A stretch of DNA of 64,000 nucleotides, taken from positions 1,145,718-1,209,717 of the forward strand of contig JBNZDD010013654.1 of NCBI GenBank assembly GCA_050575255.1. Reading direction: 5' to 3'. A program made the translations under genes and the position numbers. Shown here one piece after another: positions 12,354-26,382 of the stretch; position 1 is the stretch's first letter, and every line of letters starts with the position of its first letter. The notes beneath the pieces were generated by a model. The model was not told the DNA's origin, did not search any database, and saw nothing but the letters and a program-made list of their open reading frames with translations. The stretch comes from Harriotta raleighana. Its lineage: Eukaryota.

Positions 12354-14775
12354 CTGAAAGATAAATGGCAGAGATGAGCCCTTGAGCAAGATACATTCCA
12401 GAGAATTAGACTATGAAGAACACTCTTAAAGGTGTTCCTTAGCACAATGCAGCTGACAGTATTTTGCGATTGCTGAGAGATTGCCTCAAAATGTGAGTTA
12501 ATCAATGAATTTCATCATGGGATGCATAGCAAACAGGAAGTGAGGTTGGCAATGAACTCTGTGACAAAGAAAGAAAACCAACGGCTATGTCTCTGCCCAG
12601 TGCAACCCACCTCCCTGTAGCATGGGATTCTAGATATAATGGGGCAGCACTATTATACCATAATATTCTTATGGTACCTTTGACTCTACCCTGACATCTT
12701 TCCAACTTGTCATATGAATAGTTGATGTATGCAAATTGGAAGCTGCAATTAACGCAGCAATTTGTAAATACCATCTTTTCAACTCCAATGTGAAAGCAGA
12801 TTAATGTGTAAAAGTTTACTGTAAAATGTGCTGGAATAGTCAGCATTGATTTTAACAATAACAACAAAATTACATTTGTATAGCGCCTTTCACATTGGGA
12901 GGACATCCCAACGCAATGTTTTAAGATAAAAGCTCAACTACTGAGCTTCGACTGTGGAAGTTGTTTCAGAATAAACACCTTTTGGCAAAAGGCCATTCAT
13001 TTTCTCAGCCAAATATCTGAGGAGAATTCAATAATCTACACTCTGATCAGGAATACAGGACCTCAACCGGATTTAAACACAACAACTGCATTATCTTGTG
13101 TTGCAATTGGTTCCAGGTCTCTTATTCCCTGTAGAATCTATTCAATTAGTTTTCATTTGAATACTATACGATGACTTGCTGAAATGTGACCTTAAGCTGT
13201 CAAATAAAGAGCTAAACTCAATGTGCGTCTACCAAAATAGCAAAATCAGGATTAAAAGGAAAGAGCTGTGTTACATAAATCAAAATAACCAATGGAACAA
13301 CTGTGTTGAAATGCATGAAGACAAATCTTTCAAAGCTGCTGAAGTAAGACACGTGATGTAATTTAGACTCAAATTGTCTCCCAGTACTGCAAAAATACTA
13401 ACAGGAAATAACCTGTGATAAGACTATGTGTAGAATAGGAACACTGTTCCATTGTACTTCGGGAAGGCAAAGAGATTAGAGTGACCAATGAAGAATAATA
13501 GATTGGCTGCAGCACAGCAGAAGGCATTTAAGTCCATTGTATCTGCATTGCTGTTAGTTCCCCACTGGTCCTATTTGCTCTAACACAATTCTCTTTTTTT
13601 TGTTTAATAAAGGAGGAGGAACAAGAATCTTGACAAGGAATTGTACACGTTCAGGGAAATGAAGAGGATTTAGGATTATTGGTTGATAAAAGAGATGCAT
13701 CAAATAAATCTTTGGGGAATGATTTGATGGACAAACAGTCTATTCCTATCAAACTCTTGTGTTTTTATATCCTGCACAAATAGCCATGAGTTTTGAGATA
13801 ACAAGCAGCATTAAAATTCAACACTGATGGCTATTACATATATTTTTTAAAGTTTACCATTTTACATATACTTTTTTCATTATGTTCAGTTTATCTGTCT
13901 GTTTACAAGAGTTTCTGATAGGGTATAATTTGCAGTGGGTTTTACGCAGCGGATTATTTGGCACTTACTCGGGATTTAATGAGAAGTTATTTATGCCTAA
14001 CCACAGGGACATTCCAAAATTGCAACATAATTAATTGGTGTAACTACTTAAGGCTTCATCTTTATTGCCACTTGATTATTGTGACCAACTGTTGTTTGAT
14101 ATCATTAATGGTGCTGCAGTAATGGGTCAGACTCTGCAGTGTCTAACAGTGGTTTATAAACTTGCTTGGAGGTTATGGTGCTCAGGAAAGTAACTGCAGT
14201 GACTCTTAGAAAATACAAGGTTGCGTGCAACTAAAGTGACAGATCAAGGTAAATGTCCATCTTATTCAAAATATTTGAGATCTCACTGATTTATTTTCGG
14301 AAGGTCATTAAAGATCCGAGGGCAATATTCAAACAGAGAAATTTCCCCAATGTCTTCAACAATTCCCCAGAAGAAAATGGCCTTTCATTTCATGGCTATT
14401 TGTGCGATATTGCTGTGCATACATTGCCTACAAAATATAATCACTACACTTTGCAGGATAATCTAAGAAGTACTTTGAGACATCTTTCTGTCATGAAAGA
14501 CATTATATCAACTATAAAGATTATTAGTATTATGTTCAGCATAATTCCAGCCCACATATACAAAATGGTTATGCAAATTGCCCAATGTTTAAACTGGGAT
14601 CGGAAACTGCAATTTTTTACAATGTCCAAAATTTGGAAATTTGCTTGCAGTTCCCGCTGGTACTGCTCTGTCAAGGGTGCTGTGGGTGGAGTTCGGGTAT
14701 AGTTTGGCTTCAGTGCTGTGTTTACAGATCATGTGATGTATGGTTCCCCAGCCATTTGTTGGTAGGTTCTAAATA

Positions 14776-15110
14776 CAATAAAAGCCCGTTTATCCGTGGC
14801 CCGATCAACCGGATTGCTCGATCCGCATTCCCCATTCCAGCAAGTGAATCTTATACCATAGTCACTCGGGACACTCGCAAGTATGCTCACTTTGCGCATG
14901 GGTTTTTACCAATCATTTTACCGTGTGCTGAAATGCTTTATTGGTAAGTATCCATACAATATTCTGTTACTATTTAGTCTATTATTAATATGATATGTTT
15001 TAAAATAAGTACTTTTTTTAATGTCGGATTTTCGGCAACTTGCCGCCCGATTATCCGGCACATTCAATTAGTCGACCCCCAGAGGGTGCCAGATAAACAG
15101 GCTTTTACTG
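14776..15110. mobile_element. Tc1/mariner-type MITE, family B (short form)
   Basis: Termini CAATAAAAGCCCGTTTATCCG...AGATAAACAGGCTTTTACTG; interior similar to 58926-59201. Confidence 0.8.
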
Positions 15111-15214
15111 CACCAGCAAACTAGGAAATCCGGGAGGTGAGTGGGCCCAACCGGGATGGATTATGAAGGTTTTACTGTACCTCCCCAAAATTTTATCAAT
15201 TTTAGCAGATCCTA

Positions 15215-15445
<231 letters not shown>

Positions 15446-15607
15446 TCAGTAAAGAAAAACTAAGCAGAATTGGGCCACATTTCTCAGCAACTTATTTCTT
15501 GCATTTAATCTTTTTTTTTAACAATGAAAGACAATTGCAACTTATTTTGACAGCAACTAAATTAACCAATTATGTTTTTCTGATTATGAGTAACGAATGA
15601 AATTGTA

Positions 15608-15755
15608 GTGTCAAGGTCTCATCTCCCATGTTCGGACAGATATTAAAGATTCCATGACATTTTTCGAATAGAGAAGAAAGTTTCTCCCAGTGTTCTGCTT
15701 AAGAATCCTACAGAATGAAATAGTCATTCACTTCATGGCTGTTTGTAGGTCATTG
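15608..15755 (+). mobile_element. Deu-domain SINE fragment in GPC6 intron 7
   Basis: gatattaaagattccatgacatttttcgaatagagaagaaagtttctcccagtgttctg, homologous to 48420-48485. Confidence 0.6.
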
Positions 15756-16379
15756 TAGGTTAAAGAAAAATTGGGCTGGGGAATAAAATTCTTAAAAGAT
15801 TCGGTCCCCATGAAGGCATTGCAGCCTCTGTCTCTCCTCAACATGCAGGTTCTGTGTCGGGTATATTTTTTGCTTCAAAGAAACCTCCAACATGTCCACC
15901 CATCCATGCACCCCAATCCCCACCAAAGCCCCTCACCTCGACCCCCCACTTTATTAAAGAAGAATGGAGGTGACAAATAGATGTCTTAAGAAAAAAATTT
16001 TGCAAAAATTTTAATTTTCATTCAACTTAACTTGAGGATTGGTCAGCAAAGCAAACCATGACCTCCATTAATTAATGTAGCAATTATTGAATCATTGTAA
16101 ATTCTGAATTTTGCTCATTGCACAGCGCACAAATGTTCTTCCTGAAATGACGCTGTCATCACTTGACTATTTTCAGACTGGAACTAATTGCTTAATTGAG
16201 GACTTATTGTAATGACACTGCACACTTGATAACTCCCAGCCCTATCCTTATGCTGATGACACGTTGCAGCTGCCACTGTCCGATCTGAGTATTGTGTGTA
16301 AACTAGTATGAGCAAAGTGCCAGTTTCTGGCTCACAGTGCTACCACACCGGTAGTGTATTTTCCTCCATGGCTCCTCAC

Positions 16380-16516
16380 CTGCCCTTGGTGTGTCCGTTC
16401 CAGCATTCCTCTTCATTGGACATGCCTGCTGTCACCTTGTCATCATTGCAGATGGTGTAAGGCAATGTGGACCAGAACCTCTTTGCCAGCTTCAGCTTGT
16501 CTTTAATATCAACCAC
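16380..16516 (-). CDS. GPC6: Glypican-6 coding exon (equivalent to human exon 7), 137 nt
   Basis: [45 protein letters not shown](R). Acceptor ttgcttcag, donor gtgagg; conserved Cys residues and CWNG motif. Confidence 0.96.
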
Positions 16517-18069
16517 CTGAAGCAACCGAAGAGAGAAAGGAATATGACAAGAGTCAACAATGTCACCAAAGCAAAACAAGTTAAAGAAATGAGCACATTT
16601 GTCTATACTGGAAATAGGCCTGAATATTGAAGAATGGGATTTGATGTAGATATTGATATAAAAACTCAGAGCACACACAGGAATTTAATTAGCTGATTAA
16701 GTTTCATCACAAAGCATATTTCGTATTTATGAAAAAAATCAAAATAATATTTCACTGAGCAACAGTATAGTGTACTTTATACCATATCGCTCTCACTTGC
16801 TGCCAAACTGCTCTACATTCCAGGTTGAGAATCACCTCTTTAGGAAGCCTGAATAAAATGACATTCAACTCAAGTGGTTGACATGTATTCTTGGTACAGA
16901 AATAATTTGTAACATGAATGCTTTTCCTCCTGAGAATCAAGCATAATTTATCTCTTGCTTAGATCAAAGTTCTAACTAAGCCTTTAATATAGAGTTCTTA
17001 AGTTTGTTATGGTTTTGTAGATCTGATGTACCAATATTAGGAACACATAGCAAAAAGGCACATCTGTAATAGGAATTCTATCTGTTTGGCTAGCAGGTAG
17101 CAGGTTTCTTTCGAACCATGACTAGCACTTATTAATGTGCTCTTAAATCTGAAGGCCTGTGGAAACATCCCATCCCATTGTGGGACAAGTTTGTTTTTCC
17201 TTGAAATGACTGATAGCAGCTTTATTCAGAAATAAATAAATCTTTTGCAAAGAGATTTTGAGAAGAAACAAGTGAAACTAGTTTGAAGTTGAATATATTC
17301 CTACATATCATTCTCGTGTACCCAACTAAATGGACTAGAAAAAACACTGCCACAGCTGTCTCATCATCTACTTATCATCCTTATGTATACTTTCCCAGTG
17401 AGCAGCAGGAAAGTATTAAAGGGAGAGGTATTGTGCACAAAGCACAATCCCCGGTATGAAAAATGCATGACTGATACAAACAGTGTGGCTGATTGCATTC
17501 ATTGAGATGCAGCTGAAACAAATGTCTGGCTGCTGTGGTAATCGGGTACGGATGGAAACACCTTGCTGGTTATTCATTCATTCTCTGGTTTTAAAACAAA
17601 TATCTTCACAGTATATGTAAAAGGAGCCATAAAAATTTAACCTTGCCAGTTATTAAATGTGACCTATACAAACTCTGTTCCCTGCACCAAGAGAAAGGTC
17701 TCATCAAAAACAAGTTTCTGCTGGATTCACACATTTATTTTCCCCATTGCATTAGATAACACTCTAGAACTACATGTACAATCACTCGGGAAGTTTTCAT
17801 TTGATCACCTTCCATTTCAACCAATAAATGCACCAAGGAATAGAACTGTCACTGATAGCAACTGTCAAATCAAGACTAAAAGTATCTTGCAAATATTGCA
17901 GTAGTCTAGTCCAGAAGACTGCACTGCAGATTTTATGAAGTGCAAACACTCCTACATATAACTTACATGGGGTTACAGTCTCATCTCTCTCAGATAAAGT
18001 TAGATCGACTTGCATGAGTTGGGACGCCCATAATAAGGCCTACGAATTGGACGCAATTAGATGGGTATT

Positions 18070-18208
18070 TGGGGAGAACAAGATTGCAGGGCTATGGAGA
18101 GAAACTGTGCCAGTGGGATTGAGTTAGATTGTTCTCTTTTCGGAGCCAATAAAGACACGTTGGATCAAATGACCTCCATCTGTGCTGTATGATTCTATGA
18201 TTCTATGA
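18070..18208 (+). mobile_element. CR1-family 3' tail
   Basis: gggctatggagag...ggatcaaatgacctccatctgtgctgtatgattctatgattctatga, with the CR1 (ATTCTATG)n octamer tail. Confidence 0.75.
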
Positions 18209-18263
18209 ATTATGAGGCCCCCACCTACATCTCTCACCCACTGAAAAAATAACAATCTGGGTT

Positions 18264-18960
18264 GATACAAAAACAGAAATTGCTGGGAACACTCAGCAGG
18301 TCAGATTGCAACTATGGAGAAAGGAAAGCGAGTCAACATTTCAGGTCCATGACTCTTCGTCAGAACAACAACAACAAAATTACATTCATAGAGCGCCTTT
18401 CAAATTGGGAGGACGTCCCAAGGTGCTGAACAGTTAGATCAAGAATTGGGGCATGTTAGGAGGAAGAGACTTTTACGTACTAACGGAGAGTGGGAGAGGC
18501 AGGGCAAGCAAGGCAAGGAGAAAATGGGGTAGAGGATAGGGTATGATGCTTTAAAGAGACAATATTTGATATAACGCTTTTCAAATCTTCTAGATTGCAA
18601 GCGCTTGAATTAATGGTCAAAACAAAGGGGGTTTGCAACAAAACAGGTGAAAAGAGATATTAGTAATGCAAAACATTGGAGGGGGAGGTGGGATTTGCAA
18701 AAAAACAGACAAGACCAGGGGGAGAAAAGTTGTGTCTGGGACACAGATGATGTGATAATGGTCACAGAAGAGGGAGCATGTGAGCTGTTATGGTCTGAAA
18801 TTGTTTAAATCAATATTGAAGTGAGAGAACTGTAATGTCCTCAGGAGACAGATGAGGTGCTGTTCCTCGAGCTTGCGGTGCGGTTCATTGGAACAGTGTA
18901 GGAGACCATGGATGGAGAACTTAAGACTGCGAGTGGGCGGGAGAGTTGAAGTGGCAAGAA
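18264..18960 (-). mobile_element. Penelope-like retroelement remnant (GIY-YIG C-terminus and terminal repeat), interrupted by an L2 tail at about 18364-18560
   Basis: Minus-strand translation SCHFNSPAHS / FSIHGLLHCSNEPHRKLEEQHLICLLRTLQFSHFNIDLNNFRP* resembles the Penelope/Poseidon endonuclease C-terminus; the terminal part carries a hammerhead-like core. Confidence 0.75.
18330..18366 (-). ncRNA. Degenerate minimal type I hammerhead ribozyme in the Penelope terminal repeat
   Basis: GTT-CTGACGA-AGAGTC-ATG-GACCT-GAAA-TG-TT-GAC: CUGANGA box, stem II, GAAA box, minimal stem III and 3-bp stem I. Confidence 0.55.
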
Positions 18961-21900
18961 ATTAGAATTTTATCACAAATGCTCCTGATCCTGACTTCTC
19001 CAGTCAGCTCATGAAAAAACATTTTGGGGGATGAAGTATAATGCTACATCCTTACAGGCCAGCTCAGCTGTATGAAAATTATGTTGACCATCATCACCAA
19101 AATTACATTTGTATAGCACCTTTCACATCGGCAAGACATCCCAAGCTGCTGACTAGCATTTCACTCACAGTCAGAGATGAGATTTCATATGTAGCTATGA
19201 CTCAACCTCAAGCAACAGATTCACACCTATTCTACCAGATGATTAAGATATCCCCTGTATTTATGAATTGAAGCATATCCTAGCAAGGATTATTAGAGGC
19301 AGATATTTTCATACAGAATGAGCAAAGGCAAAACAGAATAGACCTAGATAATCACAGAATTAAGACTTTATACAATGAATTAACTCGATCAAAAGCAGAC
19401 AAGAACAGTTTAAAGTGTTTAAAATCGCAACAAACACCAACAATCTGTTCCCACATTCCCTCCATAAAAGTTAAATTATAAATGATTAGTCTAAACTAAA
19501 TTATTGGCTTAGTTGCAGCCTCAGTCATATCTGGACAAACACTTTTCCTGCAATTCTTCCCAGTTTTACTGAAAAGATGCCACAAGCATGAATGTGTAAA
19601 TATCCCCTTGACTTTTTTTCATGGCCCTGCACTGCTACAATTGGAAGTTGTGAAAATGTAACATCCATCAAGTATTATGTTTCATTTACATCTTTATGAA
19701 GTTCAGATGCGTGCAACACTTTAAATTTTAATAGCTCAGTTTGAAAACTGCTCAGACAATTCGCATATACAGTAAACACCTCACACCTCAGGCAACTCAC
19801 AAAGAAGAAATTTGTCAACAATGATCAGAAATACTCCCTATTCTAAATAAACTCCTCTAATTTAGCAATTCTGATCTGATACATGTGACAATCTTTAACT
19901 AATATTTTCAATGAGAAAACCTGATGCAAACATGAGCGAACACCATTCTGTCACAATTTACAGTTGGTGGGGAGTTCTACTGTTACGATTTTTTCGGACT
20001 AGGCTTGAAAAAGTACTCAATGGTAAACAGTACTATGCATCGCATCTCACATTGGTAAAGTGCCTGAGAACCTAGGATATATTTCCTCTAGGTATATTAT
20101 TCGCAAGAACTTTGCTCCAAACTAAAATTGAGATGAGTTTTGTGGGTCGCCGCGGGATTTGCTGGAGGAGATGCACTCTAAAACGTTTTTCTATAGTTTG
20201 TGCAATTTATATACCATTTGATAATTTGTCTGCGCTGACTCTTTTAAAGAATATGAAGTCTTATTTACCTACCTTTCCTCCATACACCCATAATTTACTC
20301 CTTTTTAGATATTTGTCTAGTTCCCTTTGATAGCTAATATGAATTTTGCCTCAATCATTTGCCTCGTTTAACTCTTCTCTAGCATGAGCATCTCCAGTTT
20401 CTGCAATCTTTTTTCATGTATCAGATGCTATTACCATGCATTAATTTAGTTGTTCTTCATTGTACCTCCTCCAGTTCTAGGATGTAATTGCTGTAGCATG
20501 AACCTCAGGAATGTTCACAATTGTATAACACTGTTACTACACCCTGTGATATAACTTCCAGCCTCCAGCTATAAATCCCAATCCTTCATTTGTCTTCTTT
20601 ACTGTTGATGCATAGTGCTAAGTGAGATCAAAGTTATGTTAAGTTTATTTAATCTCTATTTCATTTAGTATATTTAGTGACAATTTAAAACTAAAACTAC
20701 AGTATAGATCAGTGGTAAATATGATACTAAACCCAGTTCCCCCCAAAAATGTATCCGTTAGTATTAAAAACAATTAATTAAATATTCAAGTCCCAAAAAA
20801 GGTACTGTATTCATGTTTGTAAAGTTGACGCACAGCTTATAAATTATTACAAATAATGTAATGAAGTTTGATGAGGAACATTCTTGACTAACAAAAATAT
20901 TACTCCTCCAAAATACTGGTCACATGACCCGTTCAATTACTGTCTGAAAATGACCCCTCCAATTTCTGTCGGTAAACTGGTCAAGTAAAGACTCAAGACA
21001 ATGTTCTACATTCCGACAGCTTCCTCTATTAGCATAGTTTACTGCACTGTAGAATTTCTCTGTATAAAATTGTTAAGAGTTTAAAATTACCTTGTAAAAA
21101 TGTGTGCAATCGGATAATATAATGCCTTTCTCCATTTTTTTCAATTTGAATCTGAAGTTGTAGTGAAAGGGAAAGTCATTTACAAACCTTTCTTCATTGT
21201 ATAAAGACTGTGACTGGTGGTCTAATTTTTCAAAGTGCCTTTTGTGAGGGGGTAAGCAATCAGGATTCATACTGCACAGTTGCATCTCTAAATCAGAAGA
21301 GGGTAGCTGGATGTGTCAGGTTTATCCTTATAATTGTGAGCATACCATCACTTTGTTTAGTGGGCTGCATGTGTGGATGACATGTCAAGGTCACCATGAA
21401 CAGTGTATCGTGAGAAAGTGGTAAATATCTTGTTAAAAATTCTGTTGAGTAAACACAAAGACATTCATGTTTTATTTAGAAACAACACAATTTGCATTTA
21501 TGTAGTGCTTTTCATATCAGGAGATGTCAGAGAACTTAGCCCACCTGAGTTAGGAGTCAGAGCCATAGAGTGGAGAGGGATGTCTTCCACAAACACTTTT
21601 ATCTTTAAGTAAACTGATCTCTTGTAATTTTCCTCCCACAGTTTAGGTGAAAATTACAGTGCTCTTAAATCCTACAAATATTTTATCCATTAAATATTTT
21701 GTAGGATAATTTATTTTAAATTGTTTTTCTTTTTTTTAAGCAAGAGACAAGATTTAAATTCCCAGTAACTTTTTAAATTATTTCTGTTAAATCATCTGTT
21801 AAAACAAACCAAAAATCCCCAAACTCTGCCTGTTTGGAGAGGATTGGAAGACTGGGATAACAAGACAGCAAGTCACATTTCTTCTCAGATACTGACCTAA

Positions 21901-22819
21901 AAATAATTTTGACAGCAAATTTCAAAGTTATAAAGTTGTTCTTGTGGCTGGTAATGAAAATCTCATTTTTCACTACAGTAAAAAACAGCAACATGAAAGT
22001 CAAATTCACTGTGAACGTTTGAGGGAGAAACCAATAACATATTGTACTTGTATAGCAGTTTTCATGTAGGGAAAATGTCTCAAAGCACTTTACAAAGGCC
22101 AAGTGAGGGCTCGGGCTGGGAAATAAATGTGAGGAAGTGAACAAATTCCGATGATTTTGAAAGCCAAGAGGGAGAGAGTAAAGTGGAGGTATTTGGGAAT
22201 AATCTTCTGGGTTTATTCAATCTCAAACCTGTTAAGGCCAGGTTTTAATAAAACACTGGTACACTTAATAGATCATCACCAGCTATAATCAAAGGCGGCC
22301 ACAGTTTTCATCCCAAAGGGGAGATTTTGATTTTAAGTCGAATAATACCGGTATAAATAGGAAAGACCTGTTGACAAGGTAACTTTACTGCTGCTTCATT
22401 ATTTAGCACCTTGAATGAGCCTAATATGGACCCAGTATTGTTCTCAAAAAGGCAAGAAAGGCACCTCTGGCTCATGGCCTTCTACTGCTTGTTGATGGGA
22501 TATTGGCCTTTCACCAAAACCAGAGTAGCTGAAATAATGCCATCAAAGGCTGTCCAAAACCCACATTCAATGTGCTAAACAATGAATGCATCACTAATTT
22601 GGACTCAAGAGTCAAGTAATTCTGCAAAAGTTGTGTTGGGTGAGACATGTGTTTAAGATATATCCTCTCCTTTTCCTAACCCTGTTTCCAGTCAAGATAA
22701 ACCTATTCTGTGGCACTTGGTGCTGGCCTGCCAGAATAATTCTCTTGTTCATTACACATTGAACTGCATTGGCCTCTGCTCAACACCTCTGAATGTGCTG
22801 TCAACCTGCTTTGCAAAAT

Positions 22820-22905
22820 CAATTAATTGCAGATTACATCTTGTATTCTGCTAATACATAGCCAATTTATTGCAGATTACAATTTGCATTCTGCTAATAC
22901 ACGGC
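22820..22905. repeat. Tandem duplication, 2 x about 43 bp
   Basis: caattaattgcagattacatcttgtattctgctaatacatagc / caatttattgcagattacaatttgcattctgctaatacacggc. Confidence 0.85.
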
Positions 22906-24607
22906 TATTTCTCCTACAATTCCAATCCTTCACCCCACTTCTCAATAATCAGAGACAGGTCATCTGCATCTAAAATCTATCTCAAGCATCAATGTGATTC
23001 ATGTGGCCTGTGTATTAGAACTCGATCCAAATCAAAGATATGTTAGTAAGCTTCTTTATTTGTTAATATAAAACACTCAAATATCCACTGCTATAAACCA
23101 CACACGTTGTCCCACTCTTGGTGTCCTTTTGTACTTCCCGCCCTTCTTTTAGTCTTTTGTTAATTGTCAATTTACTATTAAAGGAGTATCCAACAGCCTG
23201 AAGCCGCGTTATTACCAGGAGGTCAGATTTTCTCAAAAAGAGGGAGAATAGCATGAATTAAAAAAAAACTTTAAGACTAGAGAAATGAACTGCAATTATC
23301 TTTCCCTGTACCAGTACTGCATAGTGTTCACTCTTCAGAGATCACATTCAAGAAATCAGTAACTCAAATAATTCAGGTTTCATCATTCTGAGCTGAGGCT
23401 TGATCCCCTTTCAGAAATAATTGCATCTGTAGCCAGTTGCCACTTTGTGCCATATGTTTACATTCCTGAACTAAGTTGCCATGTAAAGAAAATAATATTA
23501 ATCCTTGCATTTGATATAATGCAGTATTACGTCTTTAACATGTTCAAAGTGCTTCACAGAATATATTGTAAAGCGAATTGACTGCATAGTTTGTGGATGA
23601 AAATCTATAGAAATAATAAAAGAAACCAAAAGGCAATTCCATACAAGGTATGCATTGTACACTTTCAGGATAAAGTGAGCAACAAATTTTATAAAAATAA
23701 AGAAACATTTTCTTTCAAGCAAAATAATTTGTTTTCAGGGGTTGTATAATAATGGATGGCATCCTTCCTTCTAAAAACACTACTTTTTTTAAAAAAAAGC
23801 AAAAAATCTGTTCACTTCTACCCATCATACACAAATCGGTAAACTATTTCCTTTGGGTACTGACATCTCTGATGCTGCAGATGCTTCAGCCTGTCTGAGC
23901 AATAAATGAATGACACCTTCACATTTTTTCCTTCCAGTGCAATTGCTTTTCAAGTTTACTTCAAGAGCCACAGTAATTCAATTCTCCAAGGAGATTCTTC
24001 TAAAAATCATTATTAAACTTTACTCCTTAATATCATGTNTGTTATCAAAAGCACATCCTTGCTTTGTAAATTTTTGTCTGACATATTTCTCTTTTCTCCA
24101 TTTGCTGAATAATTTGACAGCATTGACACTAGGGGGCACACAAGCTCAACATTCGCCAGTTTATCTGTATTCAGAAGGCATAAAAGCATAGGGTTACTAA
24201 TACCACCTTAACAGTGTTCTTCTCTATTCTATTGGTTTACTAAGCGTGGTATATATTCAGCGCATGTATAGAAGCAATTTAGCAGTCAAAGTTATCCATT
24301 AATCTTTATAAGTGAGAAAGGTTTCCAGTGCTGATAACAACAAGGCTCTCTAATTTTACCAGAATGTTATCACAAAAGCTGCCCTGAAAACAATATTTCA
24401 CAAGAATACTAGTTGGAAGACAAACATATGAACAAAAAGGTCGAAGGCATCCGATGATAATCCCTTTGACACAGAGATGGGATCATTCTTCATATCCTGC
24501 AATGCAGAGATAGTTTTACTGTTCTATCATGGAATCTATGCACACAATTGGTGTGTTTGCAAGTCAATAAACTAATGAGCATAAAAGAAAATTAACAAAT
24601 GACTAAA

Positions 24608-25005
24608 AGAACAACTTGCATTTATACAGTGCCCCTTACCCAGGGTAGTGTCCCAGAATACCTGACATTGACAAAGCATGATCCCAAGCCAAGAGTCAGG
24701 GGAGCTGACAGAAGGTTTTTCAGGCACAACCTATAGATGGGGAAGTGGAGGGATAGAGAAAAAGTCTTCCAGAGTTTTGGGGTCTAGAGGTTGCAAGAGC
24801 AGCAGCCGATCGTGGAATGGAGGGTCTAATGCGCATGCAGAAGGCCAGAATCAGTGGAGCAGAGGCAGCAGGTTATGGGGGGTATGCAGACCAGAGAGGT
24901 ATAAGGAGGTGTCAGAGCATGAAGGTAGTTGAAAATGAGTGTGAGGATCTTGAAATCGATCTGCTCATCAATAGGGAGCTAGTCGAGCATTGCTAGAACC
25001 TGGTG
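24608..25005 (-). mobile_element. Decayed L2 3' fragment
   Basis: gtgaggatcttgaaatcgatc (IDFKIL on the minus strand) and an aacaacttgcatttata tail. Confidence 0.65.
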
Positions 25006-26129
25006 TGATGACCACATAGGTCAAACAATATGGTCTGTGAATAACTCCAAAAAATATTTTTGAAACTTTTCCATCCAGAACTTTGCAGTTTGTATCCACA
25101 CCCACACCAGGCATCAAACCTCATCTATCTACAAGTAGATCAAAGTCAAGATTTTTGACTTTGTGTTCCTCCATAGCCTCTCCCCACTCTAATCTGCAAT
25201 CACTTGCAACCCGATCACCCTGGCTACTCCCTCAGCTCAGCAAACATCTGCCTGCATAATCTTCATGTCCGCTGCCTGACCCATTCCACTTACGCTTGGC
25301 GAGCTTTCAGCCATCTGCGCAGAGCCAGCTCTGCAAAGCTGATGTGAAACCTACTACTGTATATAAATCTGTACATATTAATCTGCTGAAAAAGTTTCAA
25401 GAGCACAATAAAACTCAAATTTCCTTCAGTTATTATTACTATGGTGTGATCATATTACAAATTACATACACAATGCATAATATTTATAAAATAATACACA
25501 ACAAAGGATTACATTGAAGGGCCATGTTGCAACACAATTTAGCATATTTAGTTGCTCATATTATTTATTTGCATCTATACTTCTTTCTGCACAAATCACG
25601 TTAGCATAAAATGTATATTATATATGCATAATTAAGAATGGCACGTGTAATTAGTATTATGAACTCAGAGGAAAGGATCGTAGAACGATGAAGATAGCTT
25701 CAGTCTTCCACTTCACCAGCACAGTACTTGTTGGAGGAGAAATGAAATATAGTATATGAATAAATAATCCAAGTAACTAAATACAGTGCGCAAAAGTGCG
25801 TTGCCAAGCGACATAACCCTAGCCCTTTAAGAGGCACTTAGTGAAGGTTGGGAGTCCCACAGAGAGGGAGGAAAGAGAGGAAGGAATCATCCTAGGGGGT
25901 TCTTGTGCTCTTTACAGCATCTGCTTCTGAGAAGCATTAAAAAGATGATGGGTGGCCCCACCTCCTTTAGTCACAAGAAGGTTATATGATGAATTTGTAA
26001 TGCAAGAAAATGTGGAGAGTGTCCTTCTCATTGCAGATGGATTCACATGAATTTTTTTGGTCAGTTGCACACATTTTGAGTGATCACAAAGATTTCCTGG
26101 TGGCAACTCGAAGATGTGATAAGGCCTCC

Positions 26130-26382
26130 TCTTTGTCCTCCAATTCCTCCGCTCCACCATCGGCAGCTATGCATTCAGCCAGTACGTTCCAAGGCTCTGG
26201 AACTCCCTTCCTCACTCCCTTCGCCTTGTCCCCTCCTTTGCTACCTTCAGGTCTCAGCTAAAGACCTTTCTTTTCAACTACACTTTCCCGTCCCTCTGGC
26301 TCGGCCCTGCGATCCGTTATTGGAAAGCGCTCTGAGACGCCATCCGGCATGGAGGGCCTATACAATTCCAAGTTGTTGTTGT
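26130..26382 (+). mobile_element. L2 3' end fragment
   Basis: Matches 39960-40219 and the reverse complement of 60583-60840; ends caagttgttgttg. Confidence 0.8.

Noticed and set aside
14116-14130. 15-bp inverted match to 53967-53981 (gcagtaatgggtcag)
   Set aside because: A few exact 15-mer matches are expected by chance in 64 kb, and the match does not extend.
14253-14702. 149-aa plus-strand ORF and other 60-150 aa ORFs in the track
   Set aside because: No homology or splice support; consistent with random ORFs in AT-rich intron DNA.
16252-16288. TGATGA...CTGA C/D-box-like pair
   Set aside because: Only about 35 nt apart, no terminal stem, and antisense to the host gene; too short for a snoRNA.
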